Both the position numbers and the translations under genes were made by a program. Source: an uncultured Candidatus Saccharibacteria bacterium (lineage in GTDB: Bacteria > Patescibacteriota > Saccharimonadia > Saccharimonadales > CALMSM01). Taken from it: 55,191 nt of DNA. Position 1 is the stretch's first letter, and every line of letters begins with the position of its first letter. Of the stretch, positions 50,722 to 55,191 are shown in pieces. Location: contig CALMSM010000149.1 in assembly GCA_937872425.1 (NCBI GenBank), forward strand, positions 1 to 55,191, written 5' to 3'. Below the pieces are notes generated by a model. That model was not told the origin of the DNA, did not search any database, and saw only the letters and a list, made by a program, of their open reading frames with translations.

Positions 50722-51405
50722 ATGATTCATGATCCGTGGGCCTCAGCAGTAGAAGACGCCGAACGCGGCGACTATTTATGGGGACAAATTCAAATCGATG
50801 TGGGTTTCGTCATTCTGAAAAAAGGTCAACCCAAACATACGTGGATTGAAGGAGACGATCCCAAAGATCGCAGCACAGAGATCAGCTTTACGCTGAATCC
50901 CATTGGCGAAATGGGCTTGACCAAGCTGATTCAGCGCTCCGTGCTCAGTGATGCGCGTGGCGAATGGGGCCGCATTGTATGGCCGTCATTGCGCGATGGG
51001 TGTGGGCTGAAAGAACTTCGACCGTTAGAGGGGAAGTTTGTCAAAATTGAGACTGTTAAAAATGGTCGAAAATGGACAAATAAAGATGGCGACCTGATGG
51101 AAGGAACAACCTTCAAATTTCATGCCATTTTTGATAGCGAAAAAACTTGCGTTGACAACTATCTCGGTGAGGGCAATGTATCAAAAGCCACAGTGCCAGA
51201 AGGCAATCCCGCTATGACGGTTGACATGGATACACCCGTGGTTAACCAGGAGCGCGAAACGGCATTAGCATTTTTGCCCGCTCTGGTCAAACAGACCAAA
51301 GGCAATATCGACATGCTGAAAACCATGCTTGACGGGATGCCGATGATCTCGAAATTCTTCACCGTGGATTCACCTGAAGTCAAACAATTGATTGGAGCAA
51401 CATAA
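50722..51405 (+). CDS. Hypothetical protein heading the recombination module (227 aa; internal start)
   Basis: AGAGGA RBS ahead of MIHDPWAS. The upstream part of the listed ORF overlaps the tRNA-like region. Confidence 0.45.
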   Translation: MIHDPWASAVEDAERGDYLWGQIQIDVGFVILKKGQPKHTWIEGDDPKDRSTEISFTLNPIGEMGLTKLIQRSVLSDARGEWGRIVWPSLRDGCGLKELRPLEGKFVKIETVKNGRKWTNKDGDLMEGTTFKFHAIFDSEKTCVDNYLGEGNVSKATVPEGNPAMTVDMDTPVVNQERETALAFLPALVKQTKGNIDMLKTMLDGMPMISKFFTVDSPEVKQLIGAT

Positions 51406-51530
51406 TGGACATTCAATTTATTTTGGCGTTAGTCCCTGATTCAGAATTCTTCAACTCCTACGCAGAACTCTACACAGCCGCACTCCTCGCAGATGAAGAA
51501 GCCGCCCAACAATTTTTGTTCAGTCTGTAA
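51405..51530 (+). CDS. 41-aa micro-ORF, not in ORF track
   Basis: TAATG overlap with the upstream gene. The peptide is MDIQFILALVPDSEFFNSYAELYTAALLADEEAAQQFLFSL. Confidence 0.3.
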   Translation: MDIQFILALVPDSEFFNSYAELYTAALLADEEAAQQFLFSL

Positions 51531-51532
51531 TT

Positions 51533-51571
51533 AAAAATGGCCTCATCTGTTAAATTGATGAGGCCATTTTT
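51533..51571. terminator. Intrinsic terminator, A/T tracts on both sides
   Basis: AAAAATGGCCTCATC / GATGAGGCCATTTTT. Confidence 0.75.
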
Positions 51572-51585
51572 AACAGGAAGCAACT

Positions 51586-52353
51586 ATGCTAACAGCAATA
51601 ATGATTGATACAAATGAGCTAGCGACAGCGCCCTGGCTCAATAAATTGACGTTCGGCGGTGTGCCAAAGATGCCAGCTAATTTAGAGTATGGCGACATTT
51701 TGGCAACCACAGACACAGGTGATTTGATTTGTATTGAGCGTAAGACGCCAACAGACTTGCTCAATAGTATCAAAGATAAACACATCTTCTATCAAGCTGC
51801 CGGGATGCGTGACAAATCACCGTGGTCTTACATCGTTGTCACTGGGATTATACGACCTATCGGTTGCAATGTGATGACCGATAGCGGGGTGACTGGTTGG
51901 GGTTGGAATTCTTTGCAGGGTGCATTACGTGAAATTCAGGAAATGGGCGTTGTGATTATCTATTGTCTGGGTGATGAGGAATATGAAGCAACTGTGTTGG
52001 GACTGTGCAATCGAGATTTATCAAAAGAGAAAGTCTTGCAACCGGCAATGAAAAGCCGGGAAATGTCCTACGGTGAAATCATGCTGACTAGTCTACCGGG
52101 CATTGGCATTGAACGGGCGAACACGTTGTTGTGTCTGTTCAACTACAACCCTGCCAAAGCCTTATCGTGGTTGACGCATAAACAGTCAACTATCAACGCT
52201 CAAGGTTTCGGGGATGGCATCAAGCGATCTGTCAAATCCGCTTTGTCACTCGGAGAATACGACGAACTGTTCATTGTGAACAGTGCTCACTATCCAGAAA
52301 TAGCAGAGTACCTTCACAATGCTGAAGAAATTGAAAAGGAATTGAACAAATGA
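51586..52353 (+). CDS. ERCC4 (XPF/Mus81/Hef)-type structure-specific nuclease with C-terminal HhH
   Basis: The GDILATT...LICIERKTPTDLLNSIKDKHIFYQ signature (GDxn-ERKxxxD), plus LTSLPGIGIERANTLL. Confidence 0.8.
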   Translation: MLTAIMIDTNELATAPWLNKLTFGGVPKMPANLEYGDILATTDTGDLICIERKTPTDLLNSIKDKHIFYQAAGMRDKSPWSYIVVTGIIRPIGCNVMTDSGVTGWGWNSLQGALREIQEMGVVIIYCLGDEEYEATVLGLCNRDLSKEKVLQPAMKSREMSYGEIMLTSLPGIGIERANTLLCLFNYNPAKALSWLTHKQSTINAQGFGDGIKRSVKSALSLGEYDELFIVNSAHYPEIAEYLHNAEEIEKELNK

Positions 52354-53102
52354 ACGCAATTGTTAAACACGAATTACAACCAACCACATGGGCGATGATT
52401 CAAACCATCGCATTGAGCGCGAAAGCTTCAGGGAAATTAGGATTGTTCAGACAAGAAGAAGCCGAAATCAAAATGCTCACAGCCTGGGAGAATGGCCTGC
52501 CGCTTACGTCAGCCTTTCAAACTGTGCATGTAATTAACAACGTGCCAGCACTATCGCCAAAAGCTATTTGGGGGAAAATTGTAATTAGTGGTGAATTCGA
52601 CGGCTATCAAGAGGAACGTCTTGTTGATAAGAAAGGCGATTTTCTTGGATACAAAATTTCCCTCAAGCGCAAAAATGGAGTTAGCGCTACCCGTCAATTT
52701 ACTTTGGAAGATGCCAAGCGCGCCAAGCTAGACACAAAAGACAATTGGTTGATGTACGCTGAAGCAATGTGCTACTGGCGCGCACAAGGTTTCGTTCAGG
52801 ATGTGGTTTTCCCTGACATTACTTTGGGCATGGTGCGCGCTGATGCTTTAGGCGCAATGGTAACAACCGAGGGTGATGTAATTGATGGCTCTTGGACTGT
52901 AACACCAGTGCAAAAACCACAGACGCCCCGCATGACTATGAATGAACTGTTGGCTAAATATGGCGCAGATCAAATCCTTCTGATCAACGATGGAAAAATC
53001 CCGCAAACACCAGAAGACATAGAGCGAGTCAATGCCCTGCTAGCGCGGCAAGACAAAAACCTTGAATTCACAATGGCCGATGTGGTTGAGGCAAAACCAT
53101 GA
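52350..53102 (+). CDS. RecT-family single-strand annealing protein (tentative)
   Basis: General RecT-like pattern including NWLMYAEAMCYWRAQGF; ATGA coupling to the nuclease gene. Confidence 0.5.
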   Translation: MNAIVKHELQPTTWAMIQTIALSAKASGKLGLFRQEEAEIKMLTAWENGLPLTSAFQTVHVINNVPALSPKAIWGKIVISGEFDGYQEERLVDKKGDFLGYKISLKRKNGVSATRQFTLEDAKRAKLDTKDNWLMYAEAMCYWRAQGFVQDVVFPDITLGMVRADALGAMVTTEGDVIDGSWTVTPVQKPQTPRMTMNELLAKYGADQILLINDGKIPQTPEDIERVNALLARQDKNLEFTMADVVEAKP

Positions 53103-53689
53103 ACACAATGCAGTTGTTTGAAATTCGCTATATCGGACGGTGCAAAAACCGCCAGGATGGATCGCAGACGGCTTACGGATGGTGTCAAAATGCGTGGTCA
53201 GTAGCTATTAGTAAATCAGCTTTATATGCCTGGTTTGGACTATCAGAAAAGCCGGGTGAATCGTCAACGCTCTACAATGTACTTAGTGTTGAATCAAGCG
53301 TTAGCGCTGATGAGATCAAAAAGGCTTATCGACGCTTGGCTAAACAATGGCACCCAGACGTTTGTAAGGAATTGGATGCAAGAAAACAATTCGACGCTAT
53401 CCAAAACGCCTACACAATCCTGACTACCAAGCGTGAAAAATATGATGCCGGTCTAGCTCTACAGGCCAGCTTACCACGCACAGAGAACGCCAGCGACCTG
53501 TTAAATCAGGACTATGGCTATCGTTCGCCGCTCCGCTGTGGGTATATTTTAGGAGAGGGGCATAGCAAGAGCGGTAAATTTATCGTTGAAAAAATCTTGC
53601 AATGGACTGACATTTTCGATAGTCAGGGTAGAGTTTTGGTGTCGTCCTGGCCAATGGGCAGTGAGAAACCTATGGAGCAATGGCTATGA
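53099..53689 (+). CDS. J-domain (DnaJ-like) protein
   Basis: LYNVLSVESSVSADEIKKAYRRLAKQWHPDV, with the HPD tripeptide. Confidence 0.8.
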   Translation: MNTMQLFEIRYIGRCKNRQDGSQTAYGWCQNAWSVAISKSALYAWFGLSEKPGESSTLYNVLSVESSVSADEIKKAYRRLAKQWHPDVCKELDARKQFDAIQNAYTILTTKREKYDAGLALQASLPRTENASDLLNQDYGYRSPLRCGYILGEGHSKSGKFIVEKILQWTDIFDSQGRVLVSSWPMGSEKPMEQWL

Positions 53690-54255
53690 ACAATTTAATG
53701 AAAACCACAGTGGTCAAGGGAAGTTTGAGCCAGGTGTCAAAAGACACAGGGATCGCGCTAGCTGAATCATTCCTAAATGCAGATTGCATTGTCCTGGTAG
53801 ATGTTTCGAGCAGCATGGAAGACAAAGACGCGCAAGGCGGAAAATCACGCTATGAGGCGGCTTGCACTGAACTGGCTGCACTGCAAGCCAGTATGCCGGG
53901 TAAAATCGCCGTGCTCGCCTTCAGTAACGATTGTGTGTTCTGTCCATCTGGAACACCGCTGATGATGGGTGGCGGCACAGACCTAGCCAAAGCCTTACAG
54001 TTTGCAAAAGTGGCAGATGTGCCTGATATGCGCTTTATTGTGATTAGCGACGGTCAACCTAACGAGCCTGAAAGGACGTTAACTATTGCCAAAGGTTACA
54101 AAAACCGCATCGATACAATTTACGTGGGGCCTGAAGTTTCGCGCACAGGTCAAGACTTTTTGGCACGGTTGGCAAAGCAAAATTCAGGTCAAACTGTTAC
54201 AGCGGATAGAGTTTTACAATTGAGCAGTAAAATGAAATTGTTATTAGCGGCTTAG
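53680..54255 (+). CDS. von Willebrand factor A (vWA) domain protein
   Basis: The MIDAS motif VLVDVSSSMED, plus downstream GGGTDL and ISDGQPN. Confidence 0.75.
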   Translation: MAMNNLMKTTVVKGSLSQVSKDTGIALAESFLNADCIVLVDVSSSMEDKDAQGGKSRYEAACTELAALQASMPGKIAVLAFSNDCVFCPSGTPLMMGGGTDLAKALQFAKVADVPDMRFIVISDGQPNEPERTLTIAKGYKNRIDTIYVGPEVSRTGQDFLARLAKQNSGQTVTADRVLQLSSKMKLLLAA

Positions 54256-54265
54256 GGAAGTTCTT

Positions 54266-55191
54266 ATGATTGATCCTCGTTTTGCAGACTTCACGAAGTG
54301 TCTTTGGCGCGGCGGCTCTTTCGCTTATTGGTGGTCTCCAGATGGTGACGAAGGAAATTTGTCTTCATGGTTTCCAGTAGATAAACAGCGCTCGGTGTGG
54401 AACTCCAACACAATTAATATTTATTTTGGCGTCCACCCGTCCATTGTAAAGCGCGGAATGCGCCAGCGGGCATTACTAGAAACCATCGAAGCCGTCAACT
54501 GTTTATTTGCCGAGTTTGATTTAATCGAGGGTCAATCAAAAGAACATTTGTTGCAGTCCATTAGCCAGTTAGACACACCGCCCAGTGTGGTTATATTCAG
54601 CGGGGGCGGCTATCATACATATTGGCTGCTAGAACAAACCTATCATATTGACAGTCCAGATGCTCGACAGCGCATTATGGACATTCAATACGCCTGGGTT
54701 GATTTTGTTGGCAGTGATAACGCGGCGAAGGACATTACGCGCGTCTTGCGCGTACCAGGCAGTTACAACCGTAAACCACAGTACGATCCAGACTATCCAC
54801 AGGTGCAGATTGTTAAATTCGACATGGATTTGATTTATAGTTTGGATGATTTTACCAAACAGATTGAACCATTAATTGAGCAGACAAAAACAAAACGGGT
54901 TGCAGTAGCAAATCAGGACACCGTACCTGTGGAATTAGACGACCAAACCATCCTTGAGAAAATGCAGCAGAAAGACTCTGTGGCCGCTGCTCTGTGGTCT
55001 GGCGATATGTCAGACTACAAAGACGATCACAGCGACGCTGACATGGCGCTGTGCAATCGTTTGGCGTTTTGGTTTGGCCGAGACAAAGACCGTATTGACA
55101 AGGTGTTTCGCCGGTCTGGGCTATTTCGTCCAAAATGGCTTAGAGACGATTACCGCAATGCTACTATTGATAAAGCCGTGGCGTCATGCGC
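54266..55191 (+). CDS. Primase-polymerase (prim-pol) with PriCT-like region, 3'-truncated by window end; absent from ORF track
   Basis: The frame is open from ATG 54266 to the window end. Motifs: FSGGGYHTYW, VLRVPGSYN, DHSDADMALCNRLAFWFGRD..IDKVFRRSGLFR. Confidence 0.75.
   Translation, partial: MIDPRFADFTKCLWRGGSFAYWWSPDGDEGNLSSWFPVDKQRSVWNSNTINIYFGVHPSIVKRGMRQRALLETIEAVNCLFAEFDLIEGQSKEHLLQSISQLDTPPSVVIFSGGGYHTYWLLEQTYHIDSPDARQRIMDIQYAWVDFVGSDNAAKDITRVLRVPGSYNRKPQYDPDYPQVQIVKFDMDLIYSLDDFTKQIEPLIEQTKTKRVAVANQDTVPVELDDQTILEKMQQKDSVAAALWSGDMSDYKDDHSDADMALCNRLAFWFGRDKDRIDKVFRRSGLFRPKWLRDDYRNATIDKAVASC

Overview
The window reads as a tailed dsDNA phage or prophage segment with siphovirus-like gene order and bacterial expression signals: TTGACA-17-TATAAT promoters, GGAGG-type RBS and hairpin+T-run terminators. 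All calls come from reading motifs by eye; no searches were run.

Layout:
- 1-3.8 kb: head genes (scaffold-like ORF, capsid-size ORF) followed by a free-standing LAGLIDADG homing endonuclease.
- 4.0-18.97 kb: about 15 kb of tightly coupled sugar-modification genes. These comprise an Fcl/ColC-like reductase, two DegT-family enzymes (one with His replacing the catalytic Lys), three SAM methyltransferases, GT2x2, GT4, FucT-motif and GT-A-like transferases, plus secreted and membrane proteins. The island sits between the capsid gene and the neck/tail genes, and opens with a consensus promoter plus a small RHH ORF.
- 19-33.2 kb: neck and tail genes, including a tail-tube-position protein carrying six Asp-box (BNR) repeats, chaperone-position ORFs, a 1634-aa tape measure, and distal tail proteins with Ser/Thr-rich tandem repeats.
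- 33.4-45.9 kb: mostly leftward early genes. These include an FtsK/TraB-like translocase with membrane partners, an SNF2-helicase/DNA-methyltransferase fusion, a MazG-like ORF and many small Cys4 proteins.
- 45.9-46.9 kb: a lambda-like immunity switch (leftward promoter, XRE repressor, rightward promoter, Cro-like ORF).
- 47-55.2 kb: rightward genes. These include a C5-cytosine methyltransferase, an AP2-like protein, three non-canonical tRNA-like genes, a roughly 500-nt promoter-to-terminator non-coding unit, an ERCC4/XPF nuclease plus RecT-like pair, a J-domain plus vWA pair, and a prim-pol primase that runs off the window end and is absent from the ORF track.

No terminase, portal, integrase or recognisable lysis cassette lies inside the window.

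The strongest candidates for something new are the glycosylation island embedded in the morphogenesis operon, and the structured-RNA/tRNA-like locus at 49.5-50.5 kb.
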